Notes: generated by a model from the letters alone, not told the origin. A stretch of DNA of 64,000 nt from Eledone cirrhosa (GCA_964016885.1 OZ024751.1:28706001-28770000), one strand, 5' to 3'. Numbered from the stretch's first letter, positions 40,870 through 54,820 are shown. Made by a program: numbers and translations.

Positions 40870-41244
40870 GTGATAACAGGAAAAAAATAGACTGGGAGGG
40901 CAGAGAAAGAGAAAGGGAAATGATCCTGAGAGAGAAATTGCTGAGGAGAGCAGAAAAAGAGAGAAAGAGGGTGATAATAAAAGAAAAAGAGATATGGAGA
41001 GAGAGAGAGAGAGAGATAGAGAGTGAGAGAGAGAAAGTGATAAGAAGAGAAAAAGAGATATGGAGAGCAGAGAGTGGAAAGTAAGAAAGAGAGGAGAGTG
41101 AAGAGAAAGGGGAGAGAATAATGTGATGTGTGTGTAATGAAAGGAGATGTAGGTGCTTTCTTCGTTCTTTCTCTGACTTTATAATACATCTGGTGAAATA
41201 AGTGATTGGATTATACATAAAAAGTCACAAAGCATGTTAGAATG

Positions 41245-41735
41245 GTGAAGATAAAGGAGGAGAAGAAAGGGAGGGGGTTAAGGAAATGAGAAGGGATAGA
41301 AAAATAAGGAAAATATAAGGGAAAGTATAAGGGAAAGAAAATAAGGAAAAGGGGAAAGAAAGGAAAAGGGAAGAAAGTGGGAAAAGTAAGAGTAAGGAAA
41401 AGAAAGGAGAAAGAAAAATAAGGGAAAGAAAGAGTAAGGAAAATAAAGGGGAAAGAAAAATAAGGAAAAGGGGAAAGGAAAAGTAACGAAAAGAAAGGAG
41501 AGGTAAGGGAAAGGAGAAAGAAAAGAAAAAGGGAAGAAAGTGGGAAAGAAAGATAAGGGAGAGAAAGGGGAATGAAAAGAAAGAGGGTGATAAAAGAAAA
41601 GGCTAAAGAAAAAGTAAGGAAAAGAAAGAGTAAGAGAAAGAAAGGAAAAGGGGAAAGAATGAAAAAAGGGGGGGAGGGCAGAAAACACAAAACAAAAAAA
41701 AATAAAAAAGGAAGAGAAATAAAAGGGAAAGTAAA
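41245..41735 (+). repeat. Polypurine (A/G) low-complexity tract
   Basis: About 490 bp that are almost exclusively A and G on the plus strand. Confidence 0.9.
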
Positions 41736-42643
41736 TTAAACAAACTCTGCTTTCATTGTTATTGTTGTTGTTATTGTTGATGTTGTTATTAATATGATGA
41801 CTATTATTATCATCATTGTTGTTATTGCTGTTGTTGTTATTGTTGTTGTTGTTACTATTATCATTATTTTTATTATTATTACCATCATTATCATCATCAA
41901 TATTGCTGTTATTGCTGTTGTTGTTGTTGATGTTGCTGTTGTTGCTATTATCATCATCATCATCATCATCATTATTGCTGTTATTGTTATTGCTGGTGTT
42001 GTTATTGTTGTTATTGCTGGTGTTGTTATTGTTGTTATTGTTGTTATTGCTATTATTGTTATTGCTGGTGCTGTTATTGTTGTTATGCTGGTGTTGTTAT
42101 TGTTGTTATTGTTGTTATTGCTGGTGTTGTTATTGTTGTTATTGTTGTTATTGCTGGTGTTGTTATTGTTGTTATTGCTGGTGTTGTTATTGTTGTTATT
42201 GCTGGTGTTGTTATTGTTGTTATTGTTGTTATTGCTATTATTGTTATTGCTGGTGTTGTTATTAATACAACTATGTCAGCCCTTGTGGCCAATAAATGAA
42301 ATCATTATCATCACTATTGATGTTGTTGTTGTTGTTGTTGTTGGTGCTATTGTTGTTGTTGTTCTCATTGTTACTAGTTTGAAAGTGATGATACGGTGTT
42401 TATAAGAAACATTTCTCAAAAGTTAAAAGTGGAAATGGGGCACGTTAAGCAACTGAAGGTGTAATTTCAGATAAACACGAAACAGTTTCGGTTAACCCAG
42501 GAGAGAGAGAGGGGGGAGGAGGGGGGAGGGGAGGGAGAGAGTGGAGACACTCATAGAAACAAGTGTAGATAGACAGATAGATAGAAAAAGGTGTGATGGG
42601 ATGTGGTAAAGAGAGAGAGAGAGAGAGAGATTACCAATGAGTG

Positions 42644-42682
<39 letters not shown>

Positions 42683-42726
42683 TTACCAATGAGCGATAGA
42701 GAGAGATTGCCAATGAGAGATAGAGA

Positions 42727-42794
<68 letters not shown>

Positions 42795-42817
42795 AAGAGG
42801 TGTGATGGAATGTGGTA

Positions 42818-42852
<35 letters not shown>

Positions 42853-42982
42853 AGATTGCCAATGAGCGATAGAGAGAGAAGTAGAGAGGAGGAGAGGAGG
42901 GAGAAAAGAGAGAGAGACATACAAGAATAGATAGAGAGATAGATAGAACGAGGTGTGATGGGATGTGGTAAAAACACAGAGA

Positions 42983-43073
<91 letters not shown>

Positions 43074-43309
43074 GGAGTAAAGAATGCAAGAGTGGAAAAA
43101 GGAAAAATATGTGGTGGAAAAAATGGTAACTATTGAATGATGCAGTGTAGTGGAAATGTTTCTGCTTGGCTGGGTGAATTTCTTCTGTTAAGAAATTCTA
43201 ATGTATGCTAGCTAGAGAGCTTTCGATGGATGGAAGATGACGCTGGATATATATATGTATATATGTATATATGTATATATATATGTATGGATATATATAT
43301 ATATATATG

Positions 43310-43355
<46 letters not shown>

Positions 43356-43699
43356 ATTTATACATATATATGTATGTATATATATATGCTATAACATATA
43401 TATATATATATATATATGTGTATGCTATAATATATAAATATATGTATGCTACAATATGCATATAAATATATATAAGTAGAGATATAATATACATATAAAT
43501 ATATGTGTTTAGATATAATAATATATATATGCACCAGAGAGAGAGAGAGGGTGACATGTTCTAAGAGAAATATTACAGATAGGGAAGCTATTCAATTTAT
43601 TGTGGTGAACTGAAAGTGACAAGAACTGGACTTTTCTGACCTATTTTTTCCTATCTCTCCAACACTGGAGAGTTCCAAAGTGAAAGTGGTAATAATTCT

Positions 43700-43852
43700 T
43701 CATAAAATTGACACAAGGCCAGCAATTTAAGCAAAGGGGAAAGTTGATTATGCCGACCCCAGTATTTGTCTGGTACTTTATTAATTAATTAATTTTTTTA
43801 CCTTAGAAGGATGAAAGGCAAAGTTGACCATAGCAGGATTTGAACCCAGAAT
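43700..43852 (-). mobile_element. SINE group A 3' fragment
   Basis: cacaaggccagcaatt...aaggatgaaaggcaaagttgacc...ggatttgaaccca. Confidence 0.8.
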
Positions 43853-44111
43853 TTAATGATAATGATGGCATGCATTTACCACAAGGGCACTGGATAAAGG
43901 GGACATTAAAAGGACATGTTACATAGAGTTGGGGGAGGGGACTCATGTAAATATGGAAATCTGATGATTGAAAGAAAAAGAAATGGTGATATATATATAT
44001 ATAGAGAGAGAGAGAGCCATGGTTCAGATTTTATCTCTCTATATATATTACTCTATTATGTGTTCCAGCTGAGACCATGCTGGGGCACTGCCATATATAT
44101 ACTTCCGTCCA

Positions 44112-44360
44112 TAATAAAAAGCACCCAGTCCACACTGTAAAATGGCCGTGTAGGAGACACGGTAAAAAGGCTTCCAGTCCACACAGTAAAAGTGGTTGGT
44201 GTTAGGAAGGGCATTGAGCCGTAGAAAACTTGCTAGAAACCAGAAACAGTTCTGTATGAGCAAGACACGGTCACCTGACCAATCGTACCTCAAGTGGGAC
44301 AAACCCGTCTAACCCATGCTAGCGTGGAAGATGGACGTTAAATGATGATGATGATGATGA
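44112..44360 (+). mobile_element. SINE group B-related 3' half with a variant RTE tail
   Basis: aaaagcacccagt.cacactgtaaa...gttggtgttaggaagggcat...acccgtctaacccatgctagcgtggaagatggacgttaaa(tga)n. A reverse-orientation relative lies at 19112-19390. Confidence 0.85.
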
Positions 44361-44427
44361 AGTCAGTAAGTTTTGCAGGCCATCCAAACTGGTCCTCCAT
44401 TGAGATTTTACTAATTATTTTAATAAT

Positions 44428-44611
44428 TGTTTCTACTTTTGGCACAAGGCCAGTAAATACCCAGTGCATTACTGGTACTTTATTTTATCGACCCCGTAAG
44501 GATGAAAGGCAAAGTCAACCTCGGCGGGATTTGAACTCAGATCGTAAAGGGACGTAACTATGCTGGAAAGCATGGCGTCCGACCCTCTACCGATACTGCC
44601 AATCCACCGCC
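44428..44611 (-). mobile_element. SINE group A, full length, 17-bp TSD
   Basis: Same consensus. TSD ctaattattttaataat lies at 44411-44427 and 44612-44628. Confidence 0.93.
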
Positions 44612-44643
44612 CTAATTATTTTAATAATAGTAACAATAATAAT

Positions 44644-44762
44644 TGTTTCTACTTTTTGGCACAAGGCCAGCAATTATCCCAGTGTATTACTGGTACTTTA
44701 TTTTATCGACCCCTGTAAGGATGAAAGGCAAAGTCAACCTCGGCGGGATTTGAACTCAGACC
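44644..44762 (-). mobile_element. SINE group A, 5'-truncated, 15-bp TSD
   Basis: Ends just past the B-box. TSD agtaacaataataat lies at 44629-44643 and 44763-44777. Confidence 0.9.
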
Positions 44763-45914
44763 AGTAACAATAATAATAATATTAAAATAGAATGAAGATG
44801 TTGGGGTGGGGGTGGCAAGTAAAGAATAAAAAAAAGAAAAATAGCAAGAAAGAAAAAAATAATGTTTTGAATTGGGTGAAAACTTTCTGAAGTATCAAAG
44901 GTGGATGGGTTCGTGGGTGGCTGGGTGACAGGTTATTTGGGTAGTTGGCTGGTTGGGTAGTTGGTTGGTTGGGTGGGTGGTTGGTTGGTTGATTGGCTGG
45001 TTGGATAATTGGTTGGGTGGTTGATTGGTCGGGTGGGTGGTTGGTTGGTTGGGTGGGTGGTTGGTTGATTGATTGGCTGGTTGGATAATTGGTTGGGTGG
45101 TTGATTGGTTGGGTGGGTGGTTGATTGGTCGGGTGGGTGGGTGGATTGGAACAATGATTGTTTGAGCGGTTAGATAGTTGGAGAGATGGATGGATGATTA
45201 GTTGGTTGGGTGAATGGATAGAAGGTTGGTTGGGTAGATGGAAGGCTGGGTGGGTGGATGGAAGGCTGGTTGGGTAGATGGAAGATTGGGTGGGTAGATG
45301 GAAGGTTGGGTGGATGGAAGGCTGGTTGGGTGGGTGGGAGGTCGGTTGGCCAGTAGGGTGGTTGGTTTGCTTTAAAATAAAAAAGGAAGTACAGCAAAAT
45401 ATTTTGGAAACTCAAGACAAAAATTTAGGATGTGGAAATTATTAATAAGACTGAGAAGAACAAGAAAAATTGAAAAAAATAAAGAAAAAATAACAAAATT
45501 ATGTGAGGGAGTAAAAAAGAAGACAAAATGAAGTGAGAAAGAGAGAGAGAAAGAGAGAGAGAGTGAGGGGGAGAGAATGAGAAAGAAAGAGAGAGGGAAG
45601 AGAGAGATTCTTAAAGTGAAAGTGAAAGTGAAACTAGAAATGAAATAACTGCACACACCCATATCTATACATATGCCTATACACACCAACGCACACACAC
45701 ACAGCCATACCTCTTTTACACACCCACATCTGCACATAAACACACAGACACATATATATCTACTACACACAACCATACTCCCCCCCCCACACACACACAA
45801 AGAGAAGAACAACCCTTTAGTAAAAAATGACAAAAAATTTAGTCACTGTAAGATAAATAGCAAAATAGGGAAATAGAAAAAGAACTGATGTGGCTGAGAT
45901 GGGATGGTGTTCTA

Positions 45915-45962
<48 letters not shown>

Positions 45963-46325
45963 CATCCATCTATCTATCTATCTGTCTGTCTGTCTCTCTA
46001 TCTATCTATCTGTCTGTCTGTCTCTCTATCTATCTAGCTATGTGTATAAAAGTGAAAGTCAGGAGTTAGTAGATACAACTGTAAAATAAAAAGGACCAGA
46101 GAAGAGAATGTTTATATTACAGTGAAGTTGAGAAGTGGAGAGGTAGACAGATAGATCTCTCAGTGAGAGAGAGAGGGGGAAAGAGAAAGAGAATGTGATA
46201 AAGAGAGAGAAGGAGAGGAGAGAGCCTGCTTACAAGGAGTAGTACTATTTCTACATCCCATCACCCTCACTACCTCCACCACCATCACACACCATTACAA
46301 TACCAGCAAGACCATAACCACCAAC

Positions 46326-46370
<45 letters not shown>

Positions 46371-46498
46371 AGTCTCTTTCTTTCTCTCTCTCACTCTGTC
46401 TCTCTCTCTCTCTCTCTCTCAAATACAACCAACCACCTTGTTTGTATTTCAAGACTAGTGCCGCATCTTCCTGCTGCTGCTGTTGCTGATGCTGATGA

Positions 46499-46529
<31 letters not shown>

Positions 46530-46544
<15 letters not shown>

Positions 46545-47382
46545 GGTGCTAGTGTTAAAGGTGGTGGTGGTGGCAGTGTTAGTGGTGGTAGTGGTGCTAG
46601 TGTTAATGGTGGTGGTGGTGGCAGTGTTAGTGGTGGTGGTGGTGCTAGTGTTAATGGTGGAGGTGGTGGCAGTGTTAGTGGTGGTGGTGGTGCTAGTGTT
46701 AATGGTGGAGGTGGTGGCAGTGTTAGTGGTGGTGGTGGTGCTAGTGTTAATGGTGGTGGTGGTGGCAGTGTTAGTGGTGGTGGTGGTGGCAGTGTTAGTG
46801 GTGGTGGTGGTGCTAGTGTTAATGATGGTGGTGGTGGCAGTGTTAGTGGTGGTGGTGGTGGTGCTAGTGTTAATGATGGTGGTGGTGGCAGTGTTAGTGG
46901 TGGTGGTGGTGGTGCTAGTGGTGGTGGTGGTGGCAGTGTTAGTGGTGGTGGTGGTGCTAGTGTTAGAGGTGGTGGTGGTGCTAGTGTTAATGGTGGTGGT
47001 GGTGGCAGTGTTAGTGGTGGTGGTGGTGGTGGCAGTGTTAGTGGTGGTGGTGGTGCTAGTGTTAGAGGTGGTGGTGGTGCTAGTGTTAATGGTGGTGGTG
47101 GTGGCAGTGTTAGTGGTGGTGGTGGTGGCAGTGTTAGTGGTGGTGGTGGTGCTAGTGTTAATGATGGTGGTGGTGGCAGTGTTAGTGGTGGTGGTGGTGG
47201 CAGTGTTAGTGGTGGTGGTGGTGGCAGTGTTAGTGGTGGTGGTGGTGGCAGTGTTAGTGGTGGTGGTGGTGCTAGTGTTAATGGTGGTGGTGGTGGCAGT
47301 GTTAGTGGTGGTGGTGGTGGCAGTGTTAGTGGTGGTGGTGGTGCTAGTGTTAATGATGGTGGTGGTGGCAGTGTTAGTGGTG
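46530..47382 (+). repeat. (GGT)n-derived ~24-bp minisatellite
   Basis: Alternating (ggt)n-ggcagtgttagt and (ggt)n-gctagtgttaat units. Confidence 0.93.
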
Positions 47383-47679
47383 CTGCAGTTTTAGCATGCT
47401 TTACCATTAGTTCAATGATGGCTCTTGTGAGACAGATAAAAATACACTGCCTGCTATCTATAGACACTAACCAGGAGAACTCTCTCCTCCTCTCACTCGC
47501 TCTCCATTTCTATTACTCACATGCTCTCTCTCTCATTTTCATAGCTTACTCACACTTTCTCTATATCTCACTGCTTCCTCTCCCTCTTGTTTGTCACCCC
47601 CTCTATTGTTACTCTCTTTATCATTACCCCCCTCTCTTCATTCTCTCTGTCTTTTACATTATCTCTTTTAACACTCCTT

Positions 47680-47726
<47 letters not shown>

Positions 47727-47914
47727 CTTGGGATTTTTCTATCTCCTTGTTGTTCTCCCTCCCACTTGTTTCTTACTCTCTCAATTCACTTGCGCTTTGT
47801 TCTCTCTCTCACTCTCTCTTAACACTCCTTGCTCTTCACTGCTTCTCATCTTTCTCTCCAGATCACTCTTTCTCTCTTACTATCTCATTCCTTCCCCCAC
47901 TCTCTCGCTCTCTA

Positions 47915-47978
<64 letters not shown>

Positions 47979-48501
47979 GTACCCTCTCTCTCTCTCCTGT
48001 AGAGGGCGATGTTCCTGTTTGCTTTATTGGGTCAAAATGGAAGACAAACATTCATCGGCTGTCTGTCTCAGTCTCTTTCTTCCTTTCTTATTATTTATCT
48101 CTCTATCTGTTTCGCTTTCCATTATTATCTCTCTCTCTCGCTCTCTCTAGTACCCCCCTCTATCTAGTCACTATAACACACTACCATCCATCCATCCCGC
48201 CACCCATACATCCCTCACTCCAACTATTTATCCACTAACTTATCTATCAATCTACCCATCCATCCACCCATCAATCAATCCACCCACCCTTCCATCCATC
48301 CACCCACCCACCCTTCCATCCACCCACCCACCCTTCCATCCACCCACCCACCCTTCCACCCTTCCATCCATCCACCCTTCCATCCACCCTCCAATCCAGC
48401 TACCCATCAATCCATCAAGATATTGCTGCAGTGCTTACATTTTATTATATTCAAGATAAAATGATATAAAGAGATATGTCAGGAGAGAGAGAGAGAGAGA
48501 G

Positions 48502-48533
<32 letters not shown>

Positions 48534-49317
48534 ATAAAGAGAGAGAGAGAGTGAGAGAGATGTCAGGAGAGAGTTAGAGAGAGAGACAGGGATGTGGAAG
48601 GAAAGAGAAATACATGTTACCTCAAAGGGAGAGCCAGATAAAAATACACACATATACATGACATACACACACACACACATATATATATATAAACACACTC
48701 CCACACACACACATATATTTGTGTATATATATATATATATATATATGGAGAGACAGACCAATAGAAAGAGAGAGATAGGGGGGGGGGATATGACTGGAGG
48801 TCGGGAGGCTCTCATTGCAATAGACTAGCCACAAGCTATTTATTTACAACACATTCCCTCACACACTCATCCACTTAGTCTTTCTTGCACTCAATCCTTC
48901 ACTCACTCAATCCTTCACTCACTCATTCCCTCTGTCACTCATTCCTTCACATGATAATTTCCTCACTCACTCATTTCTTCTTTCACTCAGTCCTTCCCTT
49001 ACTCACTCATTCCCTCACACACTCATTCACTTAGACCCCCACTCAGTCATTCCCTCACTCACTCATACACTCACTAGACCCTCACTCAGTCATTCCCTCA
49101 CACACTCATTCCCTCACTCACTCATACACTCACTCACTCATTCCCTCACTCACTCACTCACACATTGCCACACTCATACACTCACCCCTTCCCTCACTCA
49201 CCCCTTCCCTCACTCACTCCTTCCCTCTCACACTCAACAGTAAGGCAATGCCAGAAACAAGAATGACTAAGGTGCAACAACAAGGCTTTTTCTTTATGTC
49301 TATTTATAGTTCAGCAC

Positions 49318-50391
49318 ATCATCACCAACATCAACATAACATTCATTACTATCACCATCGCCGCCATCGCAACTGTTATCATTGTCACTATCATCACCAT
49401 CATCACTACCACCATCATCACTACCACCATCATCACTACCACCACCATCACCATCATCACTACCACCATCATCACTACCACCACCATCACCATCATCACT
49501 ACCACCATCATCACTACCACCATCATCACTACCACCACCATCACCATCATCACTACCAACACTACTAACACCATCACCATCATCACTACCACCACTACCA
49601 CCACCATCACCATCATCACTACCACCACCATCACCATCACCACTACCACCACCACCAACACCATCATCACTACCACCACCATCACCACTACCATCATCAC
49701 TACCACCACCATCACCATCATCACTACCACCACCACCACCATCACCATCACCACTACCACCACCATCACCACTACCACCACCATCACCATCATCACTACC
49801 ACCCACCACCACCATAACCACTACCACTACCACCACCACCACCATCACCACTACCACTACCACCACCATCACCACTACCACCACCATCACCATCACCACT
49901 ACCACCACCACCATCACCACTACCACCACCATCACCACTACCACCACCACCACCATCACCACTACCACCACCATCACCATCACCATCACCACTACCACCA
50001 CCATCACCATCATCACTACCACCACCATCACCATCACCACTACCACCACCACCACCACCATCACCACTACCACCACCATCACCACTACCACCACCATCAC
50101 CATCATCACTACCACCACCACCACCATCACCACTACCACTACCACCACCACCACCATCACCACTACCACTACCACCACCACTACCACTACCACCACCACC
50201 ACCATCACCAATATCACCACCATCACCACTACCACCACCATCACCACTACCACCACCACCACCACCAACCAATACCACCACCATCACCAATACCACCACC
50301 ATCACCACTACCACCACCATCACCAATACCACCACCACCACCACTACCACCACCATCACCACTACCACCACCACCACCACCACCCTCACCA
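49318..50391. repeat. (CAC/CAT/TAC)n trinucleotide low-complexity tract
   Basis: Direct reading. Confidence 0.95.
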
Positions 50392-50583
50392 TTCTCTGAA
50401 GAGAAGAGATTAATGTTTGTGTCAGTTCATTAACAAACTTAGCTGAGTTTATTTACATATTAATTGCAATTAAACTGTCGCACCAGCAGCACAACTGCAT
50501 CATCCGTGCAGTGCAGCGCATCACTGGTGGAATGTCGCAAACCTGCAACACACACACGTACACCTATGTACACGCATAAACAC

Positions 50584-50622
<39 letters not shown>

Positions 50623-51353
50623 CAAACAAATACACAAGCACACAACAACACACACGCATATACACTAACACACACATATAAACACAAATATATACACAAC
50701 ATATACACAAATATGCACAAACACACACACATGCACACACAAACACACACAAACAAATACATACACAAACACATACACACACAAACAAATACACACAAGC
50801 AGAAACAAACTTATGCACATCAACACACACACACACACACACACATTTGAAAAGAAAAAAACACTGTTTAAACCCAGCAATAAGAAATTTGTTAGGTTAT
50901 GCAGAGGTGGTGGTGGTGGTGATAATGGTGGTGGTGTTGGTGGTGGTGGTGGTGGTGGTGATAATGGTGGTGGTGTTGCTGATGGTGGTGGTGGTGGTGG
51001 TGATAATGGTGGTGGTGTTGGTGGTGGTGGTGGTGGTGTTGGTGGTGGTGGTGTTGCTGATGGTGGTGGTGGGGGTGATAATGGTGGTGGTGGGGGTGAT
51101 AATGGTGGTGCTGTTGCTGATGGTGGTGGTGGTGGTGTTGGGGTAATGGTGGTGGTGTTGCTGGTGGTGGTGGTGGTGGTAATGGTGGTAGTAATGGTGG
51201 TGGTGGTGGTGGTGGTAATGGTGGTGGTGGTGGTGTTGCTGCTGTTGATGATGGTGGTGGTGGTGTTGATGTTGATGATGATGATTATGGAGTGGGGGTG
51301 ATGGTAGTGGTTGTGAGTGGGGAATCGCAGTAGTAGTAGTGATGACATAAATG

Positions 51354-51385
<32 letters not shown>

Positions 51386-51639
51386 GATGGTGGTGGTGAT
51401 GATGGTTGTGGTGTTGCTGATGATGATGTTGGGATGGATATATTTTAGAGAATAAAGGAAATAAAAACACAAGACTTTATTTCATTTTTTCATTCCTCTA
51501 CTTTTCCTTTCTTTTTTTCATTCATTCATTCATTCTTTCATCCTTTCTTCTCTCTATCCAATCCTTTTTAGGCCTGTTTAAACTAATAGAAGAAGAATAA
51601 GGCTAATTTTGTGTATGTATGAAATGGGATGGGGTTACA

Positions 51640-51691
<52 letters not shown>

Positions 51692-52639
51692 CTTCTGTAT
51701 ATATGTGTGCATATAAGTACATATATATATAAATGTGTATCTGTATATTTGTATGCGTATGTGAGTTTGTACATGCAGGGTGCATATATAAATATATATT
51801 CATGTACACATGCATGTATATGTATGTATGTGGGTATGTACATGTTGCGAGTATATATGTGTGTACATGTTGTGTGCATATATATATATATGTACACGTG
51901 TGTTTTTATGTGCATCTATATATATATATATATATATATGTACACGTGTGTTTTTATGTATATACATATATATATATATATATGCCCACGTGTGTGTGTA
52001 TGTGTGAGAGAGAACTTATGTATGTGTATATATGTGTGTGTTCATACATGACGTGTAGTATGCACATATGTATGTACATTTGCATGTGTGTGTGCATACA
52101 GGTGTCTATGTGTTTGTGTGGGTGTGTGTGTGTGTGTATGTGAGTGCATGTGCGTATACATGTGTCAGTAGGTGTGTGTATTTGTGCATACAAGTGTTTT
52201 TGTATGTATGTGTGTGTATGCGTGTATACAGATGTGTGTATGTCAGTGTATGTGAGCACACAGGTGTCTGTGTGTGTATGTGTACACTAGAAGAGAAATG
52301 GCAAGGGAGAACAACAACAACAACAAACAAACAAAAATATAAGAGAAGCGGTGGTGGGGTGGGGTGGGGATGGTGTGGGGTGAAGGTGGGGGTGGGGAGA
52401 TGTTCACAGCTCTATTGAGAAAACAATGTTGCTGATTGTCTGAAAAAATATAATATGAGAGAGAGGGAGAGACAGAGAGAGAGAGAGTGTGTGTGTGTGT
52501 GTGTGTGTGAGTATGTGTGTGCGTGTGAAATAGAGAAAGAATGAGAAGAGCGGGGAAAGAGAGGCAGTGAGTGGGGGGGGGGGGGGAGGAAGAAGAGAAC
52601 ACTAACAATAGCAGATTATTCTAAGATTTGTTTATATGT

Positions 52640-52682
<43 letters not shown>

Positions 52683-52894
52683 TATATATATGTATGTATG
52701 TAGGCATGTATGTATATATATGTACGTGTATGAAGAACAAAGTATAAAGGAAATTGAGATGAGATAAAAAAAAATGTAATTCATCAGAAAAGTAAAAATG
52801 TCAAGAACACATTGTTTATCAAATCATACATGTTTAGTAAATATTTAAACACCCTATGTATTTATTTGTGTATGTTTATATATGTGTGTATATA

Positions 52895-52954
<60 letters not shown>

Positions 52955-52997
52955 GGTTTTTGCATCTCAGTGTTTGTCTTATCATTTCTTGAACTAT

Positions 52998-53060
<63 letters not shown>

Positions 53061-53063
<3 letters not shown>

Positions 53064-53511
53064 GTATGTATATAAGAAAATTCTTTTCAAATTGGAAATT
53101 TGCAATAGATCAAACCTCTAAAGATATCTATCTATCTATCTCCCTCTTGATTAATCAATGAATATAGTTTTACAATAGATTAGAAGCACTCAACAAAGAA
53201 GTTTTCTGGAGTTATTAATATTAATTCAAAATATTAATAAATATAGACATTCATGTAATCAAATATATTTGATTATATATATTTCAGAGGTACTGTGCTG
53301 TTTCCTCAGTACGTCTTCATCAGATAAAATAAATTGATGTCTGATGGTTCAATTCCAGTCTTGGCAATCAAGACTTTGTTGAGTGCTTCTAATCTATTGT
53401 AAAACTATATTCATTGATTAATCGAGAGGGAGATAGATAGATAGATATCTTTAGAGGTTTGATCTATTGCAAATTTCCGATTTGAAAAGAATTTTCTTAT
53501 ATACATACATT
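53061..53511. repeat. Inverted repeat (138-bp arms 53061-53198 and 53374-53511, 175-bp spacer)
   Basis: The arms are reverse complements with two differences, both TG versus CG. Both ends run into (TA)n. Confidence 0.96.
53266..53331 (-). ncRNA. Minimal type-I hammerhead ribozyme in the inverted-repeat spacer
   Basis: Minus strand: tattttat CTGATGA agacgtactg aggaaacagca cagtacctct GAAA tatata TA atcaaata. Same architecture as the 29 kb ribozymes. Confidence 0.8.
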
Positions 53512-53516
53512 ATATA

Positions 53517-53565
<49 letters not shown>

Positions 53566-54820
53566 TAGAAAGTGAGGTTTTTTAACAAAATGAAAAAAAC
53601 GAGGTGTCCTACACAAGGGAAAAAGATGAAATCGAAAATGCAACTGGAGTCTTTTTTTTTCTAAATATATTTATTTGGTTCCTTTACCAGTTTCGCAGTT
53701 CTTGTGCTTTTCAAAAGTAGAATTGAGATGGAAGGTTTGTGGTTTTTCTCACATGAAAAACCACAAACCCTCCATCACTAACATGCTCATGCAGGCGTTT
53801 ATCTAGGCTAGATTCAGCCAGCTCCAACCTCTGAGATCTGCAGCATTGTGACCAGAGGACACCACATACTAAGTTATTGCAGACATCTGTTAGAGATATT
53901 GTTAGCCACTAATAATTCCAATAGCAGACCCCATATGTGTGAGGATCAGATATTAACTCAGGATCTAACTGGATCATACCAATCCACATCTTCAGAAACC
54001 ACCCAAACATATCAAAATGTCTTGGAATATAACTTAACAAAGGTGCTTACATAAAATTATGATGGAAGGTTTTGAGATAAATATCAACACTTTAAAACAA
54101 ACAGTTTTGTATTGTAGAACCTGAGGTACTTTCAGATTGGTTGGAACATCAAAGGTTCTTACATAAAATTATGAAAGAAGGTTTTTAGATATATATTAAT
54201 ACTTTAAAACAAACCGTTTTGTATTTTAGAACCAAGAGTGTTTGTTTCTAGGCAGTTTGGTATCCAAAGGGTTAAGTCAATGTTTAGAACATGACTTAAC
54301 AAAACGTTCTTATATAAAATTATAATGGAAGATTTTAGATGAATTTAAACACTTTAAAAATGAGTGATTTTGTGTGTCATAAAAACAGGGTTGGTTCCGC
54401 CACTTTGGTTACTATGGAAACTGTTAAGTACCTGAAACCTAAATCCACCAGCTCTTGTCAAACCACTACTAATTTCACAGCCAGGTAAACTGGAAGGAAA
54501 TAACTGAGAGTTAAGTGCCTTGCTTAAGGAGACTTACAATGCCTGTAATTGAATACTGTGACTCAATTCTACAAGCATTTCTCATCTGAACTCATGTTAC
54601 CAATATGTCATCAGTGGGGACTGGGTGGGGGTGGGTAGGGAGGAAGTGGTACCTCGTCATCAGGAAATACGGAGATAGTACACCTGATCAGGAAAAGGGA
54701 AGTGTGGTTCATTAGCAAAAGGAGTCAAGTGAAGTGTTAGTCAATGTGTTTTAACCCTTCTCATACCAAACCACCTAAGACCTGTTTATTTTAAAAGTGT
54801 TTTATATTTATCTAAAACCC

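Noticed and set aside
46391-47822. Long Gly-rich (454 aa) and Pro-rich (358 aa) ORFs
   Set aside because: These are translations of a (GGT)n minisatellite that is open on both strands and in several frames, with no complex domain or credible start.
49248-51472. His-, Thr-, Val- and Gly-rich ORFs
   Set aside because: Trinucleotide repeats that lack stop codons by composition. The same applies to the YI/HT/CV/ER-repeat ORFs throughout the window.
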